Positions 12,743-28,003 of a stretch of DNA of 64,000 nucleotides are shown in pieces (the stretch's first letter is position 1; each line of letters opens with the position of its first letter). A program made the translations under genes and the position numbers. This DNA is from the human T2T-CHM13v2.0 reference genome, Homo sapiens. The notes beneath the pieces were generated by a model. That model was not told the DNA's origin and searched no databases. It worked only from the letters and a program-made list of their open reading frames with translations. Where the stretch lies: the NCBI RefSeq assembly GCF_009914755.1, contig NC_060939.1; one strand, written 5' to 3'.

Positions 12743-14329
12743 GCAGGGATCCGGAAGTAAATTTATTAAAGGAGAATACACTGCTCAGATGTGGGGTATT
12801 AACACTCACTGGTCCCCACCCACTCCACTTCTGGACTTCTGCAGAGCTGCTAGCCCTACTTGACTAATAATTCCCAGCAGAGGGGCAGTCTCCCCATAAC
12901 CTATGACACATCGCTCACTTTCCTCCACTGCTCCTGGAGGTGGCCCCCATTGGGAATCTTAGCTTTACTGGCTACATCTTTAGCAGAGAGGCCTGGGTCA
13001 TCTGTCCTCCCTGTATCTTCAGCTCAGCCAAACAATAAAATGCAAGACACAAAACGTTGCCTTTGAAAATGAGGCAGCTGGGGAGAGGAACGATGCCTTT
13101 AAAAGGGCAAAGGTTCTTTGGGACACCGATCCTCAACATCTCACCCTGCAGCTCAAAGTCAAGGCTTGCCAGGGTTCAAGTTCTCAAGTGTGCTTCAGTG
13201 GTGTTATTTAGATGTGACCCTATAGGCTGAAGGGCATGCACATTAGCATATTTTGTAACAGCTGTTGATGAAGATGTTAAGTCTTGCTCAGGGGACCAGT
13301 TGCAGTGAGAAGCATTTTATGAGAACAATATATATTGTAGACATCTGAATATATTTCCATGAGAAAATAAGGATGAAGAAACAAAAAAAAATGGTATAGT
13401 GTCCTTACACAGCAGATGAATATTTAATACACTGGAGCTTATCTTTAAGAGAAAAAAATACCCTTTGCAATTTTTCATGCTTCCTACAATAGCAATCCAT
13501 ATACGAAATGACAAACACTATAGCCACCCATATAAATACCACGTATTTCATTATTCCTTTCTTACGGTGGCACAAAGGCCAGCTGCTACATGAAGTATCA
13601 TGAAAACATAAATTAGTGGTTATAAATAGCATATTTAAAGGATGAGGCCATCTAAAATCGGTTGGCTTAACAGAGGCCAAGAACAAGTCTGAGGAATTGA
13701 TAAGACAGGAGGGAAACTCAGGTAGTATATGCAGATCCCAGGACAGCAGCCCACAGATGCTCCACCAGGGGCTCTCAAAACAGAGTTCAAGGGGGATAGG
13801 TCTCAGGGCCCCGGAGGAATGATCCTACTTTCAGTTGACCCTTGCCACCTCAGGAGGGACCAATTCAGAGACTGCTTATCACCACTATTTTTAACTTCTT
13901 GGCAATATAACCAGTACAATGGGAAAATCGCCCAAAGTAAATACATACTCTCCTTTGATTCTTCTCCTGGAAAGCAGTTTTCTACTATTTTCCGTTAGAA
14001 TCATTTCCAGGGTAAATCACACTTCAGAGGCAGAGCTTAAGTCTAAGGGTCCCCTAAGGAGCATGTATCCTGGGCTGGGAGGAGCTAAAAAAAAGGCATG
14101 TCTTTGCTCTCTGCTGTAGATGCTGTGTCCAAGCAAGTCCTTTGAGAAGCCTCTGCAAGTTTTTCACCTTCAAGCCTCCTGCGTTATTACTATTTCCTGA
14201 GTTTTGCTACCAAACAAAATTACCTGTAGTCATATATAATTATTTTTCCATGAGACAGCTTAATATTGATAACATTTTTGTGGTTTTTAAATTTTATTTT
14301 ATTTTTCCTTTTCCATCTCTCTTTCCTGG

Positions 14330-14572
14330 TATTAATAACATTTTTGAACATTTTCTTTCTACTAGGCACTGTACGAGGATCCTCTCATGTAATCCTCATC
14401 TCAATCCTATGAGCTGGGTACCACTATTACCCCCACTTTATATACAGGAAAACTGGATCACAGCAGTGCAGTAACTTGCTCAAGATCTTGCAGCTTGAAA
14501 GTGGTGGTACAAATCTAAAATCCAGATCTGTCTTCAAAGTCCATGCTTTTAACCACTGCACTGTGCAGCCTG
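14330..14572 (-). mobile_element. MIR SINE
   Basis: aggcactgt...tctcatgtaatcctca...agtaacttgctcaagatc...tttaaccactgcactg. Confidence 0.8.
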
Positions 14573-14832
14573 AATTCATCCATTCACCATATTATGTTAA
14601 TACAGTTCCATATTAAAGAGAAAACTGTTTAAACTATTTTAAAACTTAGGAAGGATAAATGCATAACTTGTGTTGGAATTTTTTAAGCACATAAAATAGT
14701 TTCAGGCAACCCATTCAGGTCTTCATGGACCCCTAGCTGTCCTGGACCTCACATTAGAAATCACTGACCTAGACCCACCTGAACATCATTTGCCATGTGA
14801 ATCTTCTAGGTCTGCACAAAACACCTAGTTAA

Positions 14833-15126
<294 letters not shown>

Positions 15127-15379
15127 TAAACTGGTCCTTCCTATCTTTTCAGATCCATCTTCCAGATCTGTGGTATGCACACTGGGTCTGAATCAGCAGG
15201 TGAGGGGCCTGGGAATCTGTGCTTTTAGCAAACTCCCCAGGAGACCTTTATTGGCAGAAATTTTGGAAAACATTTCCATCCTGTTCCTGGCCATTCACAA
15301 ACATGGTAACTCTGACCTCCTGGGGCAACTCACCATTTACAAGGCACATTACCTACTCTCTCAGCTTTCTGCCAGGGCT

Positions 15380-15660
15380 CAAGCCCATTCTCCAGCCTGA
15401 AATGTATGTCTCATGCTTTCCTCCCAGGCCTGGCTCAAAGGTCTCCTCTGGAAAGCCTTCTCTGCTGGCTTCTGTTAGAATCTGTCACGTCCCCCCTGCC
15501 CCCACACCACCCAGCTTACATTCTGCCTTCTTCCATAGGGAGCCATTTCCTAGTTTCACCCAGTAAGCTCTTTAAGAGTTAGGCTGGTTCTTACTAACCT
15601 TGGCTTCCCCAGCTCTTAGCCAACCACTGGCCATAGAAAATTCTTAATAAGGATCAGCAG
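15380..15660 (+). mobile_element. L2 fragment
   Basis: ctcaaaggtctcctctggaaagccttctctg...gtaagctcttt...ggccatag. Confidence 0.55.
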
Positions 15661-16019
15661 ATTTAATTTGTCACTGGCAACCGCAAGTAGCCACTGTTCT
15701 GGAAACAGACTTCTCCCTTCTCACGCAGCTTATGCCACTGGCAAAAGAGGGGCGGGAAATGTGATCCAGGATTAATAATGCACAGATGTTTCTCAGGAAG
15801 TAGTATATCACTGTGTCAAAACTTCCTGTCATAAATTCTGACAAAATATTTTAGTATTTGCATTTGTCATCCTTATCAACCGCTCTCATACATGAAATGG
15901 AGCAAATGACTCCTGAGCCTGACTACACCTTCCCAGGCTCCAGTGTAAACCTCAGCCATACAACCCTACATTTTTACCCTGCATCTGTTCCGTAGGGAAA
16001 GAGAATTTTACTGATTGCC

Positions 16020-16250
16020 AGCTAATGTTTATTGCATACTCACTATGTTCCAGAGACTAAAGCCTCCATTCTTATGCATATCTGACCCGCATAATGGCTC
16101 TCTAAGGTGGTATTACCATCATTTTCTACATGAGAGCACTGAGCCCAGAGAGGTTAAATAACTTGCCCACAGTTGCACAGCTAGTGAATTTGGGGTTTGA
16201 ACCCAAATCTGCTTGACTGCAAAGCCCATGTTCTTAACTATTCTACTGGT
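16020..16250 (-). mobile_element. MIR SINE
   Basis: actgagcccagagaggttaaataacttgcccacagttgcacagctagt...tttgaaccca. Confidence 0.85.
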
Positions 16251-16666
16251 TTTTAAATAACAAGAGCCTCATGATTTCACAGGGTATAAACAATGACATC
16301 AAAATAGAAGTGAAAGAAGGAAAGTCTCTGGGTCTATACTATGGCTAGCCGGAAAACACTATTTCAGCAGTAATGGCTTTGCATCACATAAGTTCACTCT
16401 GTCTAGAGCACAGGGATCATCAGGCAAAAGTCCTGGTGGGCAAGCACAGCACTTCAAGATGCCACGAGGGCTGTGTCCATGGTCCTGAAAATTTAGGAAA
16501 ATTTAGGATTCAAATTTAGGAAATAGTACAAGGCTGCCCAGCCCAGTCCTCAATGAGCACAAATGCCAAGCTGCCTCAAGGGCAGAGTCTCATGAGATTT
16601 TACAAAACACAAGGGCCAAGGAGACTAGGGAGTTCCCTCACCTCATTTTCTCATTTTAAAGATAGG

Positions 16667-16975
16667 GGCCAGGCACGGTGACTCATACCTATAACCCCAG
16701 CACTCTGGGTGGCTGAGGTAGAAGAAATGCTTGAGTCCATGAGTTCAAGACCAGCCTGAGCAACATAGTGAGATCCTGTTTCTAAAAAAAAAAAAAAAAA
16801 ACTTGCCAAGCATGGTGGCATGTGCCTGTGGTCCCAGCTACTTGGAAGGGCTGATGTGGGGGCGTGGGGGATTGCTTGAGCCCGGGAGGTTGAGGCTGCA
16901 ATGAGCCATAATTGTGTCACTGCACTCCAACCCGGGACACAGAGCAAAACCCAGTCTCGAATAAAATAGAAAGGA
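16667..16975 (+). mobile_element. AluJ inserted into a minus-strand MIR
   Basis: ggccaggcacggtgactca...gcttgagcccgggaggttgaggctgca; the MIR continues at about 16980-17075. Confidence 0.95.
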
Positions 16976-17094
16976 AGATGTTGAAACTGAGGCTCACCAA
17001 AGTTATGTGTTTGCCCAGGCCACAGAGCTAATGAGCCACAAAGCTAAGTCTCAGACCCATATTTCTTGCTCTGAGTTGGGCTTGTCTTCTTTCC

Positions 17095-17505
17095 TTAAGT
17101 TTTATTTCTTAATCTCATAAGAAAATGTCACAAGTTATTGTAGCAGTGAAACAATGAGGGCATACACAATGAAAAAAACCTCTCCTATCTCACGCCAACC
17201 ACAGGCTTCTGCCCTGCAAAGATCACCAATGTCAATAGTTTGGTAATACACCATCATAAAGGTTCCTAAATTCATCTCTATATCTACAAACACACACACA
17301 CACATTCTTTCTTTAACAATATGGAGTACATAGACATTTATTTACTTTGAATATTTTAGCACTTAACATGTGTTGAATATATTCCCACATCAAGCAGATT
17401 TAGCTCTTTCTTATTAAATGCTGCCCCACACACCACAGTCAAGAGGTTGCACATGTGTTCAAACACTCTCTTCTTGGTAGATAGTCAGACTATTTGGTGT
17501 TCCTT
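17095..17505 (-). mobile_element. Old L1 (L1ME-like) 3' fragment
   Basis: accaatgtcaatagtttgg...tagcacttaacat...tcttattaaatgctgc pattern. Confidence 0.6.
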
Positions 17506-17714
17506 CTGCGAACCGCCCTACTGTCATTTAAGTAACAAACTCTGTTGATACAGGAGTGGCCTCTAACTCATTTAGTCTCCTGTGGATCAAAATAAAATCC
17601 TGGTCTCCTAAATGGGTGCGGCTGGGAGATCACTTGCTTTTCAGAGAGTAGTTTCCATTTCCTGTACATCAGATGGTCAGCCCTTTAAGCATGCCAATCT
17701 GCAAAAAGAAAATA

Positions 17715-17855
17715 TTTCTTTTTACTTTCATGTTTCAGAGATGGGATCTTGCTATGCTGCCCAGATTGATCTTGAACTCCTGGGCTCACGTAATCCTCTT
17801 ACCTCAGTCTCCCAAAATGCTTGGGGATTACAGGCATGAGCCACCATGCCTGGCT
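17715..17855 (-). mobile_element. FLAM (free left Alu monomer)
   Basis: gagatgggatcttgctatgctgccca...attacaggcatgagccaccatgcctggc. Confidence 0.9.
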
Positions 17856-17889
17856 AAAAATGAATTATTCTTATCAACTGCTTAAAAAC

Positions 17890-18070
17890 ATGCTTACTAA
17901 GCCATATGAACATGGGCAAGCTGCAGTTTCTTCAACTATAAAATGGGAAAATAATAACCCTTACAGAGTTGTGTAATTCATAGTAAAATGAGATGACACA
18001 TATAATGTGCCTAATATGATGTCAGGAACACAGTAGGCATTTAGTAAAAATGACTACTATTATTATTGTT
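17890..18070 (+). mobile_element. MIR SINE
   Basis: gggcaag...cagtttcttcaactataaaatgggaaaataata...acacagtaggcattt. Confidence 0.8.
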
Positions 18071-18911
18071 GTTAAAATTACGGCATTTATACACTAACAA
18101 AAGAGGTACGCAGGTTTTAACATAAATGTTCATGCTTTATATGTCCTGACTTCAAATTAACATGTAACTGGCCTCTGGAACATTCACTGCCCTACCTACA
18201 TTTATTGAATGCCTGCTCTCATAGGTCGGGGGAAGGGGATGGCAAAGAGGAAGCAAACAGGATTGGTTGGCCTTAAATGGATATCGATGATTGAAGATTT
18301 AAAAGACATTGAAGACAAAATCCCTACACAGCCATTCAGTGTTTATAACGCACCTTCTGTGAAGCGATGGAAGGAGTTCTGATGTTTAATTCTAGAACTT
18401 TTCAGCATCCACAAATAATGCTACTTCCAGCAGAGAAGAGGAAGATTTGCTGCTCTGAGTTAAAGCTAGAGAATCCAAGTGAGCACAAAGGCACTTCAAG
18501 GAAAATGCAATTAGAAAAACAGGTGAGTGGGGACTTGGGTTTCCAGAAATGCCTGCTTAGAAATACTGACAGGCTTGGGCTTTTCACCCGAGACGTTTTA
18601 CATCTTTAAATATGTTTGTAATTTGAGTGGTCTGCACACTCCAGATTTTGTTTTGAAAGGGAAACTTTATAAATCACTGTATTATTATTAGAAATAATTA
18701 AACTAAAAACTAAGATGTGGTTGCACACATGTTTACAACGATGTGAAAAATACGGCTGTCAGCACCAGGGCCCAGCTTCCATCACATAACTGTTCGTGCG
18801 TTTTAATGGACATTTGAGTGTTACAAATCTGGCCAGGGTGGGAGTCAAAGAGAGGCATAAAATTATATAATAAGAATAAAAATAAAAATAAAAAACAAGA
18901 AAGGAACCGGA

Positions 18912-19250
18912 GGCCGGTGCAGTTGCTCACGCCTATAATCCCGTATAACCCGAGCCCTTTGGGAGGCTGAGGCAGGCAGATCTCTTGAGGTCAGAAGTTC
19001 GAGACCAGCCTGATCAAGATGGTGAGATCTCGTCTCTACTAAAAATACAAAAAATTAGCCAAGTGTGGTGGCATGTGCCTGTAATCTCAGCTGCTCGGGA
19101 GGCTGAGCCAGGAGAATCCCTTGAACTCAGGAAGCGGAGGCTGCAGTGAGCCGAGATTGCACCACTGCACTCCACCCTGGGCAACAGAGCAAGACTCCAT
19201 CTCAACAAAAAAAAAAAGAAAAAGAAAAAAGAAAGGAGAAAAAGAAGGAA
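18912..19250 (+). mobile_element. AluS with a purine-rich extended tail
   Basis: ggccggtgcagttgctcacgcc...gcaagactccatctc followed by an A/G-rich tail. Confidence 0.97.
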
Positions 19251-20421
19251 AGAAGGCCAAAGGGGAAGAAATGAGGAAGGGAGGCAGATAAAAACCTTCC
19301 TTCCATTTTCTTATTCTTAGCATTAAAAAAGACTCCAAGTGTTACACTGGAAAGTGTGTTTAAAATACTCGGATTCTAAAAAAGAGCAAAGAACCTAATG
19401 TGTGTTTTTCAAAATCCTTTGATTCTAAATCCATTCAACTATAAATCTGAGTTATTACTTTGAAAGCTAGCTACATCCTGACTTTCCTAAAGTGATACAA
19501 AATATTCAATCCCAGGCCAAGAAAAATCCCAAACCAACCAACAGAAGGCAAGGAAAATTGAATACAGAAGCTTGCAACTTGAATTATTCGGATCCAAGGA
19601 AATTAAAACTCTTTCATCCTTTTTCCCCAGTTAATTTTTAAAACATTTTAAATACATTGCCCTAAATATTTGAAAATATAATCTGAAAGTGCTCAAATTC
19701 TATTTTATGAGCAGAAAAATATGGATAAATATATCAATTTTATCTAGAATGCTCACAGCCATTTCTTTCAAGGATATTGGAAAATACTGGTAGTGCTGTG
19801 TCTACTAAAACACTTCTAAGGCATCAGAGGAAAAGCTTTTTGATATTTTGATTGATTTAACTCTAAAATAAACCATCACCCCAAGATTCTTTTTAAAAAT
19901 AAAAGATACTCTATGTGAAGAAACAAAAAATCATGCAATTCTTTCAATATATACACAAATACTAAAAAGGAATAAACAGGTTGTGAGTTAATTACAAAAA
20001 AGAAAATAAGCTTACATATAAATGACAAACAACCTAGCAGGAGACAACTGTTAAATGGAAACATGACACCCATGGCAAGTCCTTGAATAGCTAACCATAT
20101 AGACTATACCCGCTTTTGAAAATATCTTTTGATGGGGTAAAATGTATTGCTATATCTAACCCATTATTTAATGTTTTAACATGACCCATCTACATACTTT
20201 TTCCTTTGGTACAAAGAAAATCTAAACACATGCATTCTTTTCTCTTTTGTGGATTCAAACCAAAATAACCATGGTCACATGAAGGATGCGTGATCTCCTC
20301 TGCCGGGATGTAATATGGACCCGAGGACCTCAGCCCACAGCTCTGCCTCCTCAGGTTCTTTTCAAGGCACCTCCAGGATTCAGTATCTCCACTCCATAGA
20401 GGGAAGCAGCATGATTTAGCA

Positions 20422-20893
20422 CAGCAGTTCCCACAAGTGTGGTCCGTGGTCCCTTGCAGGGGTCGACTCTTCCAAGGAAACCCATGAGGTCAAAACAATT
20501 TTCATAATACTTTGACAAATAGTAGAGTTTTCCAGGGGTTACATGATGTGTGATACCACCACACACTGAATGCAGAAGCAGAGCTGGGAATCCAGCTGTT
20601 TTCTATTAAGCCAGACATAAAAGAGATACGCAAAAATAAAAAAGAATGCCACTCTTCTAACTGGTTTTTGTTTTGGAAGATTTTTGTTTAATTACAATAT
20701 GTTATTTATGTTAGGATGCAATGGGTTTATAATATTTTAAAACACATGTATTTTAAATTATTTTCTCTATTTTCAGTTCTTGGATGGTAAGTATCAATAA
20801 ATGTAATTCACATAAACAAAAAGCTCTTTAAGATCCTCAATAATCTTTAAGAGTATAAAGGGGTCACGAGATCAAAAAGTTTGCCAACCAGTG
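20422..20893 (+). mobile_element. Charlie1b-like hAT DNA transposon with both ends and an 8-bp TSD
   Basis: TSD atttagca at 20414-20421 and 20894-20901; core tgaatgcagaagcag...aatccagctgttttctattaagccagacat. Confidence 0.85.
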
Positions 20894-21096
20894 ATTTAGC
20901 ATAACGCCTGACATATAGTAAATGTGTGGCAAATGGACAAACTGATGGATTAAAGGGTTTTAATAACTGCTTTCAAATGTTCAGAGTTCAATAAATGAAT
21001 ATGGCCAGTAAAGATCTTTGGATAACCATCTTCAGGTCCTCCACACCTGCTTACACATGATTTAAAAGCAAATGATGGTAAGAAGACAAAACCGTA

Positions 21097-21463
<367 letters not shown>

Positions 21464-21774
21464 TTAAAGACAAGTAAAGGGAGGATCCAGGTAGGTAGCA
21501 GTACAAATACGTTTTCATCATCAATGGCTTCATTTATCCATCCTATCACTACTTATTTCCATTTCAGAGAAATAATATCTTCTACGAATTTGGAGAGGAT
21601 GTTGTTCTAAAGGGTTGTATGAGATTTAATACAATTAAACTATGCAACATCTTACATGGTTCAGTGCTTATAACCCTACAAGGTTATAGGGTCATTTGTG
21701 CGGACCAATTAGTTACCTTGCTGTGTTCTGCGGCCACAGTGTTCACAACTTTCTACCAATTTTCTTCCTGGCAA

Positions 21775-22045
21775 TATCTTATTCATCTTGCAAAATCCAG
21801 TTTGGACAACACCTCTTCCAAAAAGCTTTCCCTGAATTCTTCTTTTAAAGAGACAGTTAAAAATTCCTTCCTCTCTTACCTCTGTATGTTGTGCCTATGT
21901 CTATGGTAACACATTCTATTGAAATTCTGTATTTTTGCTGTCTTCCTTACTAGACCATGAGCACCTTGAAGGCAGGGCCTGTGGGTTGCCCACTTTTGAG
22001 TTCCAGCACCTAGCACACTGCCAAACATGGCAGACACTTTAAAAA
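21775..22045 (+). mobile_element. L2 3' fragment
   Basis: actagaccatgagcaccttgaaggcaggg...ccagcacctagcacactgcc. Confidence 0.75.
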
Positions 22046-22059
22046 TCCACACAAAGAAA

Positions 22060-22376
<317 letters not shown>

Positions 22377-23849
22377 TCACCTTACAGGCCAATAGGACTA
22401 GTATTAGAATTAAGTAAAATGCTAAGGAATACTAAGACAATAGTAACATTCCATATGTTTCCGGCCCAGTCAGAAATCCAGCATGTGTGTCTTAGTGAGT
22501 TGGTCTTAACATGTTTGAGAATGAAGGGTAGCCATTCTACCATTAAACAGCCACTAAAGAGAGCCCTTTCCTAAAAACATTATCTCCTGGAAGAACATTG
22601 AGCTCTTTTCATCCTTCTGAAACGATGCAAATTGCAAATGGTAAGGCAAGAATTTCAAATGATAAATTAAACCAAGGTAAAAACTCACAAAGCAAAAAGC
22701 AGCACTAAAGTGAAAAAGGGTCAATTAGCAGAAAATGACCAGAAAGGGGGAAAATGTGACAATCTGGGATGCTTATGGGACGTCAAAGAGGGTTTGAAAT
22801 TCATGCTCTGAAATTAATCAGACTTTGTTGCCACCTTTTCAGTGACATGCCCATCAGCAAAGAACAAGCATTGTCATTAGCAGAACAAAGAAAAAAAAGT
22901 GTATGCCTAGGATTAGCTTTGGCAAAAAAAAAAAAAAAAAAAAAAGGATAAAGTAGGTCATTTCCATGTTCAGCTTTAAGAATACGGCCATATGGTAAGA
23001 ATTAAGATGTTGCCCAGAATCTAATATGGGAGAGATGTCTGCATACTCCAAAAGAAGAGAGAAATACCAAACACCAGTAGCACTAGAGTGGAAATCTGAG
23101 ATTGGGTAACTAAAGGCAATCTAATCTTGTGAAAAGCTACAGAGAGGAAAGGTCTTGAACATAAAGAGCTTGTCCTTTCTTACAGCCATCCACTATAATT
23201 GGATGTATACCCTTTTGTGAGACTTTGAAAATAGCAATTTATTTCTCATTCATTAGCCTGATTTCAAAATACCCTTAATGGATGTCTCAATTACAGAGAC
23301 TCCAAGGTCATATAACACCCAGACACCCTTCATATCTGTTTTCTTTACTGTATTGTAACTCAGTTTTCCTTATTAGAGGTAGAGTTTTAGCCAAGAAGGA
23401 AATCTCACCATGGAACTACAGAATGTTACCAGTGAAAGTCTCTCTAGGAATTGACTAATCTAACCTCAGCCACTTTAGGAAAACTGAAGCCCAGAGAACT
23501 CAAGTTCCTCGCCTGAGGTCACACAGCTCAGTATCATCAGGAACAGACCAGTCCTCAGGGTTTCCTTCCTCCACTTCAGTGTTGTTGCCATGATAGCAAA
23601 ACAAAGTAGTGCAGATACTCTTTCAGAAATGTGCGTTTGGAAAAATTGCTAGCCCTGAGCACCATTTCCTCTCTACATAAATAAAAGCAATGCTTTACAC
23701 CTGCTACCATCACCCTGGGAACATCCATGGTGTGTGAGTTTATTCCCTGGAGCCAACTGCAGGAAGATGGAAGACAGAGCATCGCATGAAGCCACAGTGC
23801 TGTTTCCAGTAGGAGAAAGGTTAGAATGAACCATGACAAAGGCTTGAAA

Positions 23850-24495
23850 AGGAGCTTGTGGTAAGTTTAAGGAGAAGTAGAATATTTCCTAGCCCCAAAG
23901 TATCTGTTGGTTACAAAGGGAAACACAGTGACTTTATAGTGGAGATGGCTGGCAGACACCACCTTAACTAGGGAATCAGATCGAGGTTCACATCACCAGA
24001 AATGGGACAGCTCGATGGCATGACACAATATACCGATGATATGATATGTTAAGGAGAGCCCTTCACCTCTGTGTGGTGCTCTTCCCCTAAATCCACAGGC
24101 TCCCTTTAACCAGGAGAAAATGCCAGAGAACCCAAATTGGGGGGCCTTCTATAACGTTCCTAACCAATGCTCTTCACAGGGATCAAGATCAAGATCATAA
24201 ACAACAAGGAAAACCAAGGAATCATCACAGGCTGGGGGAGACTAAGTAGACAACACAACTCAATGCAATGTGGAATCCTAGAACAGAGAAAGGACGCTGG
24301 CAGAAGAATGAGTCAATCCAATAAGGTCTGTAGGTGGTGGCATTGTGCCAATACTAAGTTTTTAATTGATAACTTGTACCATGGTTACAGAGGTTAACTT
24401 TGGGGCAAGCTGGGTGAGGAGTATGCAGGAGTTGCCTGTACTATCTTTACAACTGTTCTGCAAGTCTAAAAGTTATTTCAATTTTTTAAAAAATG
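23850..24495 (+). mobile_element. L1MC-type 3' end
   Basis: ggcagacaccaccttaac...catcaccag...gtactatctttacaactgttctgcaagtctaaaagttatttcaa. Confidence 0.8.
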
Positions 24496-24496
24496 T

Positions 24497-24860
<364 letters not shown>

Positions 24861-25519
24861 TTAGAATCATTCATATATCACTCTTTCTTTCAAAAGCAGT
24901 TTGCACTAGTTCTTCTTATCCTCATTTATTCTGATTTTTTGTGTACCCATCTCTTAAAAATGGTAATGTTTTAATGACAAAGACCAGGGAATAATCTTTA
25001 TCACTGCTAAGAGCACCTTGTCCTGTGTTTTTCCACAAAGCAAATGCTCAATAAACAACTCTGCTACATGAATGAATGGGTTACAATCAATAGTCTCATG
25101 TCCTCCTTTCATACCTCTCTTCCCAGCAATTTTGTCAGACAGACACGCCTTGTCTAACCTTTCCCATCCTTGGAATGGGAAGGCAAAGTTTCCTGGCTGC
25201 TCCCACACACCTCTGCCCTAACCCAGTGATCCTCTCCTCATCTGTTAATTCAGAGGGCTGAACTGACACAGAGCCATCTCCTATCAAAGCCCAGTTCCCA
25301 TGTCCACAGAACTCAAAAACACATCTCTGAACAGCTGATGTGAGAATGTACTTGCTTCCCACAGATGAGTTCCACGCATTGCACTGCATTTCACAATTTT
25401 GCCCCATCTTCCCATTCCATAAGTTAAAACATAAAATTTGCATTTGCAACCATGTGTCTATCCCTTCACAACACACTCCCCTTACACACTGAACGCTGAG
25501 AAGCAATAGCTATTCACAT

Positions 25520-25922
25520 TTCCCTGTGCTCTTTGCCTAGACTGCTCTTCACCTCCTTTTCAGTCCAGAAAAATGGTCAGTTATCTTCCCAAACTTCACG
25601 CATTACATCATCTCCTCCAGGAAGCCCTCCCCAGACACCCCTCAATTTCCCCCCCAAGATAAGTCTCTTTCTCCTTAGAATTAAGGAGAGTCTCTCTTTC
25701 CTTAGAATTAATCACTTCCTGCTCTGTGGTACCTATGTACCTGGTATGAAATTCTGTTTCGGTAGTTGTAACACTTAATCTTAATCATCTATACACAACC
25801 ATCTCCTCAACTATCACAGGAGCTCCTTGAGAGAAGTAACTTTGCTTTATTTATTGTATATACTTCGCCCCCTAGGGGAGTACTTGGCATACAGTCAGCC
25901 ATACAGTAAAGGTTTGCTGAAT
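25520..25922 (+). mobile_element. L2 3' fragment
   Basis: tctcctccaggaagccctcccagac...gagctccttgag...ttggcatacag...tttgctgaat. Confidence 0.7.
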
Positions 25923-25946
25923 CAAAGGACTGTTAGGAGACTGTTA

Positions 25947-26270
25947 GGCTGGGAGTGATGGCTCAAACCTGTAATCCCAGTGCTTTGGAAAGCCAAGGTG
26001 GGAGAATTACTTGAGGCCAGATTGTTCAAGACCAGCCTGGGCAACATAGTGAGACCCCTACAAAAAATAAAAATAAAAATTGGCTGGGCATGGTGGCATG
26101 TGTCTGTAGTTGTTGCTACTTGGAAGGCTGAGGTAGGAAGATACCTCGAGCTCAGCAGTTCAAGGCTGCACTGAGCTATGATTGTCCCACTGCACTCCAG
26201 CCTGGGCAAAGGAGCGAGACCCTGTCTCTCAAAAAAAAAAAAAAAAAAGAAGAAGAAGAAGAAGAAGAAG
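25947..26270 (+). mobile_element. AluJ with an A18(GAA)7 tail
   Basis: Full dimer; TSD gactgtta. Confidence 0.96.
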
Positions 26271-26959
26271 GACTGTTACTTCTATTCTTTGGCTCCTACC
26301 ACCCAAGAACTTATCAAGGTGGCAGACACATGGAACATGCAGGCGTTACCTGGAACAAATGAACCCAGACTGCAAAGCTGTTTCGCAGGTCCTTTTGCTT
26401 GTTGCAGAGAGCTCATGGTTTGGATGTGTCCCTCTGTAAATGAGGTTTCAGCACACTGATGAAGCATGAAGTGATTATCTGCTGACACTCTGATTTCTCT
26501 GAGCCTCTGCAGCAAACTAAATGATATTTAGCCTCCAGACCTGTTGATCCCATCTTTTTTTTTTTCCTATGAGCATTAATGTTCAATAAGAGGACAAGAA
26601 ATGAATTTAGGCAACCAGACTGGCAGGATCTCTATACGGCTACTCAAGTATAAAGAAAAAGTGAAATCTTCCCAGAATGTTCTCATCAGAAACTCCATCT
26701 CTGCCAACTCTGTAATCAGAGTGGTTTTCCTTGATTGCCCCGACATTGGCAAAACCTTAGGATAGCTCCTAAACTTCTGGCCAGCCACACTGCTATCTCA
26801 CTGGTCCCCCAAACTAGAAATCTTAGATTTGTCAGTCACTGAATTTTCTCTCTTTTGGCTCCCACATTCAAGTGAAAATCTCATGCTATTGATCATGCAA
26901 CAACTGAAATAACCTAAACTACCACTCTGTTCCATTCTGTGGCAGGACTCAAGTTCCAG

Positions 26960-27230
26960 CCTTTGATGCCTTAATTCTAGAACATCCCTATCTGCACCTC
27001 AGGCCCAGCCTAATCTCATCTCTTCCCCATGGCTCTGAGGGTCTCCTCAGGAGAAGGTCGTCGGCAGTCACACACCCTTCTCTCTGATCTCTTATCACAC
27101 AGGCACCATGAAATGCCCAGACCGAGACCTGCATTGCTGCCATTATTTTTCCCTGGAATGCCCCACCCTGTTTCTCTACTGGATAAACTCCTATACATCC
27201 TTCACCACCCAGCTCTAAAGCCACAGTGGT
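26960..27230 (+). mobile_element. L2 fragment
   Basis: ttccctggaatgcccc...aaactcctatacatccttca. Confidence 0.6.
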
Positions 27231-27586
27231 TAACCTTCACTCTAAGAAAACACATCTGATTATTCAGTACTCAATACTAAAGTTCTCTCTGTGGCTGGCT
27301 CCTCCTAAAACGTGAAAAATTAACCACTTATGATTTGTCTGCAAAATACAATCTGTTTGTTGAATTTAACTATTTAACTGCTATCATTTAAGCCTTCATA
27401 TGCATCTGTCATGTCTTTGATTAGACTACAATTTCTTCCTTGCTCAGCACACTGCAACCTAGGGTCATCTAAAAAGACATGCTGGTTAAGTGACTAAAAA
27501 GCAAACATCATCCAGTATCAGCCCCAGGATTATCCCTGTAATTCTAAGACCCTGATGTGCATCAGAACCACCTGAAAAGCTTGTTA

Positions 27587-28003
<417 letters not shown>

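Noticed and set aside
16486-16523. Three copies of aaatttagga
   Set aside because: Short slippage repeat; no CRISPR-like repeat-spacer structure
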